NCBI GenBank assembly: GCA_964401095.1
Contig: CAYNXG010000001.1
Span: 1-48,658, forward strand
Length of the DNA stretch: 48,658 nt
Origin: an uncultured Bacteroides sp.
Lineage (GTDB): Bacteria > Bacteroidota > Bacteroidia > Bacteroidales > Muribaculaceae
Direction of reading: 5' to 3'
Shown: positions 1 through 8,995 of the stretch, one piece after another
Layout: each line of letters begins with the position of its first letter
Position numbering within the stretch: the first letter of the stretch is position 1
Made by a program: the position numbers and the translations under genes
The notes under the pieces: generated by a model
Told to the model about the DNA's origin: nothing
The model's database searches: none
The model's input: the letters and a program-made list of their open reading frames with translations, nothing else

Positions 1-167
1 TTGAATTTCAACAATTTCAAAGTACTCTTATGATTTTTCAGTGGACACTAATGACCGTAATTTTCTAATTCAAAATCCATTATATCGCCATTTTTTACCA
101 CTAAAAAGGCACTCCAAGCTTAAACCAGATATTTAATGCTATTGTGTATTCATTTATCGCTAATAAT

Positions 168-716
168 TTATGCTTGCTGCGGATAGAAACTACTCCAATT
201 CAGAGTGTCGGTTGTATTCACGATAGGGAGCGGCGAGTACAGCCAGTTAGAGCCTTGCTGCAAGATGACACCGCCTGCGAGTGGTTGCTCGGTTGTGCTG
301 TTAGTCTTGATGTATTCCAACAAAGCGTTATGCTTTTCAGCAGCAAACATATCGCTGTCTGCACTCTTTGTATCGAAGAGATATATGTGCCCGTTCTTCA
401 TGCGAATAACAAAGTCCACATAGAAAAGTGCCTTTTCACCGCCCTCTCCCCTATTGTATTCAATAGCATAGTTGGCTTTGCCATTATCGCCGTTTTTATA
501 CCACCAGTCAATGTATTGCGAATTGGCTTCAAGGAATTTGACAAACTCCTTTTCAGGAGTCGAGGCGGTGTTAAGCTGAATGAAAGGCAACAGAGCATGG
601 TTTTCAGCCCGGGCAACACTGTTAGTTTCGGCATTATAGACTCTCTGTTCAGGTACTTCCCAATCGTATTCTTTATAAAAACGGTTAGCGGCAGCTCGTA
701 CGGCAGCTAAATATAT
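168..716 (-). pseudogene. 5'-truncated type III restriction enzyme Res-like subunit (C-terminal PD-(D/E)XK endonuclease domain only)
   Basis: Motifs WWYKNGD, FYVDFVI and LFDTK are typical of Res C-terminal nuclease domains. The frame stays open for 42 codons upstream of the called TTG (IYLAAVRAAANRFYKEYDWEVPEQRVY...) to a TAA at 717-719, with no ATG. The helicase portion is absent. Confidence 0.7.
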
Positions 717-764
717 TTATTGCAAATTCATATCTATACATACAAGTATTTGCTCTATTTTATG

Positions 765-772
765 TACTTTTG
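765..772 (+). promoter_or_regulatory. Bacteroidetes housekeeping-sigma -7 element for the NERD operon
   Basis: TACTTTTG matches TAnnTTTG, 77 nt upstream of ATG 850. No well-spaced -33 TTTG was seen. Confidence 0.55.
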
Positions 773-849
773 TAGTCAAAAACTGACAATTCTTCATTGA
801 AAAGGTCACTAAAGAAATAATAGTCGTTTTGTATTGATTTTTTTTTGCA

Positions 850-2928
850 ATGGGAGGACTTTTAGCATTCAGAGTCGGAAACTTTGATACAACAGCAGAA
901 CGTGAACAGTTTCGGTTTCTCTGTGAGCAACTCAAGGCTCACTATGAGGATTCGAATGAGTTCTGTGTGTTCGCAGGCAACTATAATATTGGATGCGAGT
1001 TAGATGCTCTCTTTATAAAGAAGGACGCTATTATTTCTATAGAATTCAAAAATTATGGAGGTAATGTTATTGCCAATGAAAATGGTGAATGGACATGCGA
1101 TGGCAAGGTAATTAAAGGGGGTTCGAGAAAGACTGTTCTTCAGCAAGCTAGGATAAATCATTCTACGGTAAAGAAAGAACTTAAAGTCTTAGGCGTTGAA
1201 AAGAATCAAATCAAGGACGTGCCACACCTTATTATCTTTCATCAACCCATAGAACTGGAGAATAATTTAAGTTCCACCAATAAGTCTTGGCTTCACATTA
1301 CTGATAACGAACATTTCATTGAAAAGTTGGATGACATTACTTGTCCTCATACCGACTTTGATCCACTCAGAATTGTTAATCTTGCGGAAACTCTCAACCT
1401 AAATCCTTTCTACCTAACGGAATTCAGCAATGCTACTTATGACAAACCGACAGAGCCAATTGAGAAAATCAAACTGTTTGAGAATATAAAGAACTACGAA
1501 ACCCATACTGAAGAGAAAAAACAAAACGAAAAACCAAAGGAAAAAGAGGAAGAGTTAAACTTAAATTCTTTTGTAATCGAGAACGAAGATAGTATTGCAC
1601 TTTCGGATTTTGTGAAAAGAATAGTGAGTTTACCGCTCAAACTCGACAATTTTACTGTCAAGGTGCTTGACAGCAGAAGGGCATCCTCATCTTTTGCAGC
1701 ACACGGAATAAGGTTAACTCAAGAATATGTTGTGACTATAAGTGCAGATGGCATAGGTGAACATTGTGTAAAACTCGCAAGGTTCACCAATCATGATGTT
1801 AAAGCTATTTCACCTTCTACAATCTTTTGGGAAGAAGGCGAAAGAATTGCAACCGAAGATGACAATCCATCTGCCGTTATCGAAGAACATCAATCAAAAG
1901 AACTATCAAATACTAATTCGATAGTTTGTTTCCGAAAGTCAAAGACGATTTTGCCACATTGGCTTGACAAAAAGATTTTCAACGACCATCGAGCTATTTA
2001 TGCTCCAGAGCATGAGCGTTATGAGTATAATCTTGATCTCAACGAAGAAGAACTTAAAGTCTATCTTGGTACTTACTTTCCTCGCAGTTATGCAGAGATG
2101 TTTTGTATTGTCGACAATCTTTTGCAGAACAAATACCTGAAAGAAACATTGGAACAAGATGAGATTAGTGTATTGGATTATGGGTGCGGTACAGGTGGTG
2201 AAATTCTTGGCTTGATTACAGCAATTGGAAGACACTTACCTCATACAAAGATCAGCATCACAGCAATAGATGGCAATGATGGAGCTTTAGCCATACTCAA
2301 GGATTTAGTAGAGTGTAACCCTAATAAAAATATACAAGTCGAACTAACTACATTTAGCCAAACATTAGGCTCTATTGAAGACGTGGAAAAACTTGCATTC
2401 GGAAAGAACGATTATCATTTTATCCTCTGTGACAAGATGGTTTGTGAGTTAATTTCTAAAGAAGTCCTACCAATAAATGCATACGCAATAATGGCAAAGA
2501 AACTTACAGCTTTTCTTCATGAAAATGGTTTGCTTATAATGCTTGATGTAACAACTAAAGACGAACATTCAGGATACTTCTATCCTCAATTGATGAATAA
2601 TGCAATAAATGACTATGTTCGTAAAAGCAAAACCATCGAGACGCTTTTGCCGTTGTCATGCGCATGTTATGATGGATGTAGAGACCTTTGTTTTATGCAG
2701 CAAACATTCAGCATAAGTCATTCTCACAAATCAAATGACGAAAGCAGGGTGTGTTATAGAGTGTTGTGTAAGAAACCGCTTAAGACAGCTATCATGCAAG
2801 GGATGGAAACAGCAAACCTTATCCATGTCATACACCCCACCAAATATAAGCAAAATGATGATTTGGCAATTTGCTGCCATTCAAAAAACAATGAAATAAC
2901 AATTGATAGTTTCAACATAAATCTATAA
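850..2928 (+). CDS. NERD-family nuclease fused to a class I SAM-dependent methyltransferase (Rsm22-like), 692 aa
   Basis: The N-terminus has AERE...ELDALF...IEFKNYGG...QQAR (NERD/PD-(D/E)XK pattern), followed by a charged linker. The C-terminus has YLGTYFPRSY, SAM motif I VLDYGCGTGG, AIDGN, and a Cys cluster LPLSCACYDGCRDLCFMQQ. Confidence 0.8.
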   Translation: MGGLLAFRVGNFDTTAEREQFRFLCEQLKAHYEDSNEFCVFAGNYNIGCELDALFIKKDAIISIEFKNYGGNVIANENGEWTCDGKVIKGGSRKTVLQQARINHSTVKKELKVLGVEKNQIKDVPHLIIFHQPIELENNLSSTNKSWLHITDNEHFIEKLDDITCPHTDFDPLRIVNLAETLNLNPFYLTEFSNATYDKPTEPIEKIKLFENIKNYETHTEEKKQNEKPKEKEEELNLNSFVIENEDSIALSDFVKRIVSLPLKLDNFTVKVLDSRRASSSFAAHGIRLTQEYVVTISADGIGEHCVKLARFTNHDVKAISPSTIFWEEGERIATEDDNPSAVIEEHQSKELSNTNSIVCFRKSKTILPHWLDKKIFNDHRAIYAPEHERYEYNLDLNEEELKVYLGTYFPRSYAEMFCIVDNLLQNKYLKETLEQDEISVLDYGCGTGGEILGLITAIGRHLPHTKISITAIDGNDGALAILKDLVECNPNKNIQVELTTFSQTLGSIEDVEKLAFGKNDYHFILCDKMVCELISKEVLPINAYAIMAKKLTAFLHENGLLIMLDVTTKDEHSGYFYPQLMNNAINDYVRKSKTIETLLPLSCACYDGCRDLCFMQQTFSISHSHKSNDESRVCYRVLCKKPLKTAIMQGMETANLIHVIHPTKYKQNDDLAICCHSKNNEITIDSFNINL

Positions 2929-2935
2929 CCTTATC

Positions 2936-4015
2936 ATGGCTAAGAGAAATTTTATGATTAAGGATTCCTTGTTGGATCCATATGAGCGCAAGATACTGAA
3001 CAAGCGAACCGATGAATCATACGTCGTTACTGGTTGTGCTGGTAGTGGAAAATCTCTAATTGCATTGATGAAAGCTAAAGACTTACAAGATAAAGAGAAG
3101 TCCTATTTGATTATCATGTATAATCGTGTTTTGAGTCAGTACATGCATGATGCTATCAAAGAATTGGAATTAAAAGAAGACAACGTTACTACTTATGGCA
3201 AATGCTTTAATTGGAGAAAGAATGAAAATGGAGAATGGGAACTTGGCTCATGGAAACGTGGATATTATGATTACATTCTTGTTGATGAGGCACAGGATTT
3301 CTCTGGAGCAGCATTAGACGAAATTAAGAAACATTGTACTAAGATTTTGATTTTTGGCGATTCTGCACAAAGTCTTTATTCTTCATTTTCATTTGATAAC
3401 AATCCAACGATTAGCATCAACAACATAGCATCAAGGTTTTCTTTGAATACGGAACAACTCATCATCAATCATCGAATGCCGAAGACAATAGCAAGAGTAG
3501 CGCAAAGTTTGAATGAAGAAGATGATGTCCTTGAAGAAAGGTGTGCGAATGATGGTATTGCAAAACCGATTATCATGCAACACATTGACATGGATGCTCA
3601 ATTAGATAGTATCGCCAAGATTATAAAAAACAAAAACCTTGAAAATGTCGGCATCTTTGCATTTTTCAAAAATGAAGTAGAAACAATAGGGGCATATTTG
3701 AGCAATAAGGGATTATCCCCTGAGATTTATCATAGTGACGAAAACATGCAGCTTGATTTCTCAACAAGTAATCCTAAAGTGATGACTTATAAAAGTTCAA
3801 AAGGATTGCAGTTTGAAACGGTATTTATCGTTGGTTGTGATCAAAGGATAGGAGTTGACAAGTCCAAATCACTTTATGTGGCAATGACCAGAAGTTATCA
3901 GGATTTGTTCATTTTTTATTCAGGAGAAATGACATCTTTGTTTGATACTGTAAGTACAGATTTGTATGATACACAATTAGGCGGATCATCAAGCGATGAG
4001 GATTTTGAACTTTAA
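2936..4015 (+). CDS. Small superfamily 1 (UvrD-like) helicase/ATPase, 359 aa
   Basis: Walker A GCAGSGKS, motif II VDEAQD, III FGDSAQSLY, IV INHR, V MTYKSSKGLQFETV, VI LYVAMTRS. Starts 7 nt after the previous stop. Confidence 0.88.
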   Translation: MAKRNFMIKDSLLDPYERKILNKRTDESYVVTGCAGSGKSLIALMKAKDLQDKEKSYLIIMYNRVLSQYMHDAIKELELKEDNVTTYGKCFNWRKNENGEWELGSWKRGYYDYILVDEAQDFSGAALDEIKKHCTKILIFGDSAQSLYSSFSFDNNPTISINNIASRFSLNTEQLIINHRMPKTIARVAQSLNEEDDVLEERCANDGIAKPIIMQHIDMDAQLDSIAKIIKNKNLENVGIFAFFKNEVETIGAYLSNKGLSPEIYHSDENMQLDFSTSNPKVMTYKSSKGLQFETVFIVGCDQRIGVDKSKSLYVAMTRSYQDLFIFYSGEMTSLFDTVSTDLYDTQLGGSSSDEDFEL

Positions 4016-4026
4016 TTAGAAGAAAC

Positions 4027-6276
4027 ATGAAACTCTATATTTTAACTTCAACATTGAATTTCCATTCAATAATGGCGACCGCATCATGCTCGCCATTTGC
4101 CTGTTATACACAAAGAGGGTTCGGAGACTCTTACTTCTATCTCGCTGGGTCATTTGCAAAAAAGAATTCTATAATTCTATTTAGCAAATACCCTAAATGT
4201 ATTATGCCTATTACTGATGAAGAACAATATTCATTGGTTATTGAAGTAGATACAGATAAGACTGCAAATTTTGAATATGAAAAAATAGGCGAACATCATG
4301 ACGTTGTTTTCTACCAAACGAACAAGACAATATATTTGAACCCTATGGGCTGTAAATTGATTTTTGAAACTAATGAAATTCGTGACCTCATCATTTCAAG
4401 AGCCAAAGTAAGAAGTCTTGATGCTAAAGTACTTTTCTATTCAAAAGCAGGAAGTTTTACTACCCAATTTACAGAGTCGTTTACATACCGCAAAGAATAT
4501 ATAGAATCTTTTCCTGATTTAGAATTTGACGAGGAGAACCTTCTCCGTGACAAAAGAGTCAATAAGTGTAAAGGATTCTTGTATGCTTACCTCATAGGTG
4601 CAAACACTTCACCAGGAGAAGGCGTGTCCTGTATGCAGAGGATTCTCAAAGATTTGTCTAATCTGATTCATGCCAGAATCATAAATAACGACTTTAGACT
4701 TCACACTGAGAAGATAAATGAATTACAAAACCAATTTGAGAATGAAGCATGTAAATACGATATTGTCAAAAAGAAACTTGCTGAGTCTGCAAATCGTCTA
4801 AACTCTTCTACTGTTAAAATGTTGCAGAGCGAATTAAAAAGCCTCGGTTTATGGGATGCCTTGGCTCATCGAATGTTCTCTTTGCCAAATTTATCTTCTG
4901 TTTATTCCTCTGAACAATGGAATAATATTGAGTTAATGATTACTCAATTTGTTGACCGTGTTTCATCTGTATCAAACAATCGTTTATTGGTTGATGAGAT
5001 TCCTTTTATCCGTGAGTATGAACCTCCAAAGATTCCTATTCGGGCAAGTAACCAAGAAATGGAGATTTATACAGCATGGATCAAGTTACTTCTGAATCCT
5101 AAGTGTAATTTAAAAGAATTCTTTGCTAACAAACTATCGTATCTGAAGAATCTTGGTATAGTAGCCAAAGATATTATGGGTGATGAGATTTTTGCAAACT
5201 CACCCGAACGGTTTTATTATAATGGCCTCATTAAGAACATCAGAGATGCGGAAGATTTTGATCTTTCATCTCTTAATTCTTTTGTTTGGCAATCATTAGC
5301 AATATGTGCAAAAGCAACAAATCCTAATATTGATGCTCTGTATAGTTTAATGACATCATGTGCTATCGAGGATTATCGTTGTGCAGTAGCAATGTGGGGT
5401 GCAATGTGCGGATATGCTGATCTGCCAAAAACTTTCTTCAACCGAATAATTGAAGGAGTTAGTACGGAAGAAGCCTATCAGTATGCGTGTTGTATAGAGA
5501 AGAGAATACATGGCTTTGAAAGTGCTGCATTCGTTACACAGATTTCTCAATTGCCAAAAGAAACAAATATTCCGCTTACAGAACCATTTGAGTATAGTTC
5601 TCTTGAAGGCATTGTCCATAAGCATCTTACGGAGTATCAAAAGGAAAAAGGAAAGAAATTACCTAAGTCTCATCTTGATTCAATTGAAAAAGCTCTTTCT
5701 TGTACCCACGATGGAACAGTATTGAGTTTTCTTATGAAACTTATTGACTTCCCTGGATTTACAAAGAAGACTAAAACTTCGTTTTGGACATACCTCAAGG
5801 ATAAAACATGTCCAGAATATGATGAGATTACAACTGCAAAAACTAAAAAAAAATCTGCAAAAAACAAGCAAGAATCTTTAGGCTTATTTGATAACATTAT
5901 AGATGAAAATAAAGTTATTTCGCAGGGTGGTGTTGAAAAGCGAAACGTGAAACCAATACATCCAACATCATCTAAATTTGTAGAGGATGCAAATGTTAAC
6001 TATTTTATCCTTTCAAGAAACTACCTACCTATAAAAATGCGAGAAACGCTTTCCAGAAAGGTAATAACATTTCAAAAAGGTTATTCTCATGGTGGTAAAT
6101 ACTGTTCTAATCCATTGGATAACCCTACAGATAATAGATCAACCATTGATCATTTTAAGCATTGGTGTTTTTATGATAAAGGTGGTTATCCTCCTATCGT
6201 AGAGGGAACTTATGAGAATAAAAAGTACTTTGAGCAGTTAATGCAAGATTTATTTAATCGTTATGCCAATAGGTAA
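4027..6276 (+). CDS. Hypothetical protein, 749 aa (possible divergent ADP-ribosyltransferase-like N-terminal domain)
   Basis: Long uninterrupted ORF in AT-rich DNA, 11 nt after the helicase stop and overlapping the next gene by 14 nt. No family confidently recognised. Confidence 0.8.
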   Translation: MKLYILTSTLNFHSIMATASCSPFACYTQRGFGDSYFYLAGSFAKKNSIILFSKYPKCIMPITDEEQYSLVIEVDTDKTANFEYEKIGEHHDVVFYQTNKTIYLNPMGCKLIFETNEIRDLIISRAKVRSLDAKVLFYSKAGSFTTQFTESFTYRKEYIESFPDLEFDEENLLRDKRVNKCKGFLYAYLIGANTSPGEGVSCMQRILKDLSNLIHARIINNDFRLHTEKINELQNQFENEACKYDIVKKKLAESANRLNSSTVKMLQSELKSLGLWDALAHRMFSLPNLSSVYSSEQWNNIELMITQFVDRVSSVSNNRLLVDEIPFIREYEPPKIPIRASNQEMEIYTAWIKLLLNPKCNLKEFFANKLSYLKNLGIVAKDIMGDEIFANSPERFYYNGLIKNIRDAEDFDLSSLNSFVWQSLAICAKATNPNIDALYSLMTSCAIEDYRCAVAMWGAMCGYADLPKTFFNRIIEGVSTEEAYQYACCIEKRIHGFESAAFVTQISQLPKETNIPLTEPFEYSSLEGIVHKHLTEYQKEKGKKLPKSHLDSIEKALSCTHDGTVLSFLMKLIDFPGFTKKTKTSFWTYLKDKTCPEYDEITTAKTKKKSAKNKQESLGLFDNIIDENKVISQGGVEKRNVKPIHPTSSKFVEDANVNYFILSRNYLPIKMRETLSRKVITFQKGYSHGGKYCSNPLDNPTDNRSTIDHFKHWCFYDKGGYPPIVEGTYENKKYFEQLMQDLFNRYANR

Positions 6277-7315
6277 AATTATTATCACGAACGATACAGG
6301 TGAACAAGTAGAAGCTACAGCTCCTGTCATTGTCTCTGCAAGTCGTTCAACCGATATTCCTGCCTTTTATGCCAAGTGGTTCTTCAACCGCTTGGCTAAA
6401 GGGTATTGTGCTTGGTATAATCCGTTCAACCAGCAGAAAATGTATATTTCGTTCAAAAACTGCAAGGTGGTGATTTTCTGGACAAAAAACCCAAAGCCGA
6501 TTCTCCCATACCTTCATGAGCTTGACGAAAAAGGAATACACTACTACTTTCAGGTTACACTCAACGATTATGTAAAAGAAGGTTTTGAGCCTAATGTTTC
6601 GTCTGTCGAAAACAGAGTTGAGACATTCAAGAAACTTTCTGATATGATTGGTAAGGAGAAAGTAATCTGGCGTTTTGATCCTTTAATAATTACGCCAAAC
6701 ATTGCTCCTCGTGACATCTTGACGCGCATTTGGCGCATTGGAAATAAACTGAAGGGTTACACAAATAAGCTTGTATTCAGTTTCGTTGATGTAAAAGCAT
6801 ATCGCAAGGTTCAAAACAATCTTGTTAAGGAAAGTATGCTCTTTACAAAGGAGAATGTGGAGAATGCCGAAGCCAACCTTGCTCAACGAATAGAAATTGT
6901 AGAAGGTCTTCAAAAGATTCGTGAAGCTTGGCACAAAGATGGTTGGGATGTTGAAATCGCCACTTGTGCTGAAAATATTGACCTTGAAAAATACGGGATA
7001 GAACACAATCGTTGCATTGATGGCGAATTGATGAAACGCATTTTTGCTGACGATAAGGAACTTGTCTATTATCTACATACATTGAAATTACCAGAAAAAG
7101 ACTTGTTTGGTAATTTGCCACCAATACCAGAGAAGGTGCGTAATGTAAAGGATACAGGGCAACGTAAGGTATGTGGATGTATGGTCAGCAAGGACATCGG
7201 CATGTATAATACTTGTCGTCATTTCTGTGTCTACTGCTATGCCAATACAAGTAAAGAATGCGTCATCCGAAATGCTGAGAAACATAATGATGAAAGTGAA
7301 AGTATAATTGGGTAA
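6263..7315 (+). CDS. DUF1848 family protein (radical-SAM/spore-photoproduct-lyase-related), 350 aa
   Basis: Family signatures VSASRSTDIPAFY, FWTKNP and WRFDP, plus C-terminal KDTGQRKVCGC..SKDIGMYNTCRHFCVYCYAN containing CxxxCxxC. Confidence 0.88.
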   Translation: MPIGKIIITNDTGEQVEATAPVIVSASRSTDIPAFYAKWFFNRLAKGYCAWYNPFNQQKMYISFKNCKVVIFWTKNPKPILPYLHELDEKGIHYYFQVTLNDYVKEGFEPNVSSVENRVETFKKLSDMIGKEKVIWRFDPLIITPNIAPRDILTRIWRIGNKLKGYTNKLVFSFVDVKAYRKVQNNLVKESMLFTKENVENAEANLAQRIEIVEGLQKIREAWHKDGWDVEIATCAENIDLEKYGIEHNRCIDGELMKRIFADDKELVYYLHTLKLPEKDLFGNLPPIPEKVRNVKDTGQRKVCGCMVSKDIGMYNTCRHFCVYCYANTSKECVIRNAEKHNDESESIIG

Positions 7316-7317
7316 TT

Positions 7318-8985
7318 ATGCAAGAGTCAGAACTACAACAATATCTCCTTCGCAACTATCCACAAGAGAATGCTCGTTGCGAATGGAAGGAATTCAAGAA
7401 TTTGAAGGACTCATTCTGTGGGGATGAGAAAAACGATGTCATCTCATAAGTGTCGGCTATTGCCAATATGGAAGGAGGGCATTTAGTGATAGGGGTACAT
7501 GACAGTTCTTTGGAAATTGTCGGGACAGATACCGATAATTATGACTGGCAAAAGGCAATTCTTCGTTTAACGGAACGATGTGTTAATCTTTCGACAGAAG
7601 GTCTCGATATTGAAGAGTTTGTTACCGATGACACTAACAAGAAAGTTTGGGTAATACATATTCCCAAGCATCGTCCCAAATTGCCTGTTTACGCTCATAA
7701 CAAAGCATGGCAGCGAATTGAAGATTCTCTTGTAGAGTTGACCACTGAACGCATGAATGTCATTCTTGATGAGCCAATATTTGGTGAAACAGATTGGTCT
7801 GCACAGATTGTTCCTGATGCAACGATAGATGACCTTGACGAAGTTGCTATAGCTAAAGCCCCCAAAATGTTTAAGAAGGTACATAGCCGTATTCCCGAAT
7901 CCGAGGTAAATGCTTGGGATATTCAGACATTTCTTGGCAAATGCGGACTAACAAGAAATGGAAGCATCACTCGTGCCGCTATCATATTGTTAGGCAAATA
8001 CGAATCAGCCTTTAAACTGCGCCCTGTTGTCGCTCAGGTAACCTAGACACGCAGGGATGCAAATCAAGATGTGGTTGACTACGAACATTTCACTGTTCCA
8101 TTCATACTGACAGTAGATGAAATTCTCTCAAAGATTGAAAATCTGACTTTGCGTGAAATGCCTGGTGGTACGCTTTTCCCAGATACAATGAAGCAGTATG
8201 ATGACTACACGATACGCGAAGCACTTCATAACTGTATTGCTCATCAAGATTACACGATGCAACAGCGTGTCAATTTCGTTGAGAATCCCGGCTATTTATA
8301 TTATTCCAACGCCGGTACTTTCATCCCCGGAACTTTGGAAAATGCTTTGAGAAATGAGGAATCTCAGACCTATTTCTGCAATGAATGCCTATGCAAGGCA
8401 ATGGTGGACTTCAATATGATTGATACCGTAAGTCGTGGCATCAAGAAAATGTTTAATGAACAATGGCGCAGACACTTTCCGATGCCGGACTACGAGATTG
8501 ATGCGGCGAAAAAGAAGGTTGTAGTACGCATATATGGTAACGAGATCAATAAGCGATATACGGATTTATTGAAGACCGACAACACTCTGTCATTATGGGA
8601 TTGCATATCTCTCGACGCTGTACAGAAAGGCAGATTCATACATGAAGATGTTGCAAAAGACTTGCTGAACAGGGGACTTATTGAGGGCGATGCTCCCAAT
8701 TATACAATTTCTTTAGGAGTTGCTAAAGCTACTCGTCAATTGCAAGGTTACACCAAGCAAAAAGGACTTGATAAGGACAAAATTAAACAAATGGTTTTGC
8801 AATATCTTAAGAATGCAGGATCAGATGGCGCTAAACGTGATGGCATCTACGAATACATCAAAGATGTAATGCCGCAAGCTAAAACACGGGAACAGCAATT
8901 GAGGATATTAGGAGACATTCTTAATGCTCTAAGTGTAGATAAACTTATTTTTGCTAATGGGCGAACTTGGTTCTTGAAAGAATAA
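7318..8985 (+). pseudogene. AlbA_2 (Schlafen-like) + HATPase_c_4 (RecG-C-like) + wHTH protein, disrupted by two in-frame stops
   Basis: A single frame runs from ATG 7318 (MQESELQQYL...CEWKEFKNL...DVIS). It is broken by TAA 7447-7449 (VIS*VSAIANMEGGHLVIGV) and TAG 8044-8046 (QVT*TRRD), and later has IREALHNCIAHQDY. It would be 555 codons if repaired. Confidence 0.85.
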
Positions 8986-8995
8986 CCACAACAGA

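Noticed and set aside
1-165. Gene following the Res remnant on the minus strand (ATG at 153)
   Set aside because: It stops after four codons and the other frames contain stops. It may be a decayed gene but cannot be supported.
144-710. 188-aa plus-strand ORF
   Set aside because: It is antisense to the Res-like frame, which carries recognisable nuclease motifs.
850-4015. Assignment to Gabija, Hachiman or a classical RM system
   Set aside because: There is no OLD/TOPRIM ATPase, the helicase is SF1 rather than SF2, and the methyltransferase lacks DNA-methyltransferase catalytic motifs.
5845-5853. A9 tract (and T9 at 838-846) as phase-variation sites
   Set aside because: Runs of this length are expected in AT-rich, Lys-rich sequence, and the frame is intact.
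7447-8046. Stop-codon recoding or read-through in the AlbA_2 gene
   Set aside because: Two different stops (TAA and TAG) are involved and neighbouring genes end normally at these codons, so nonsense decay is simpler.
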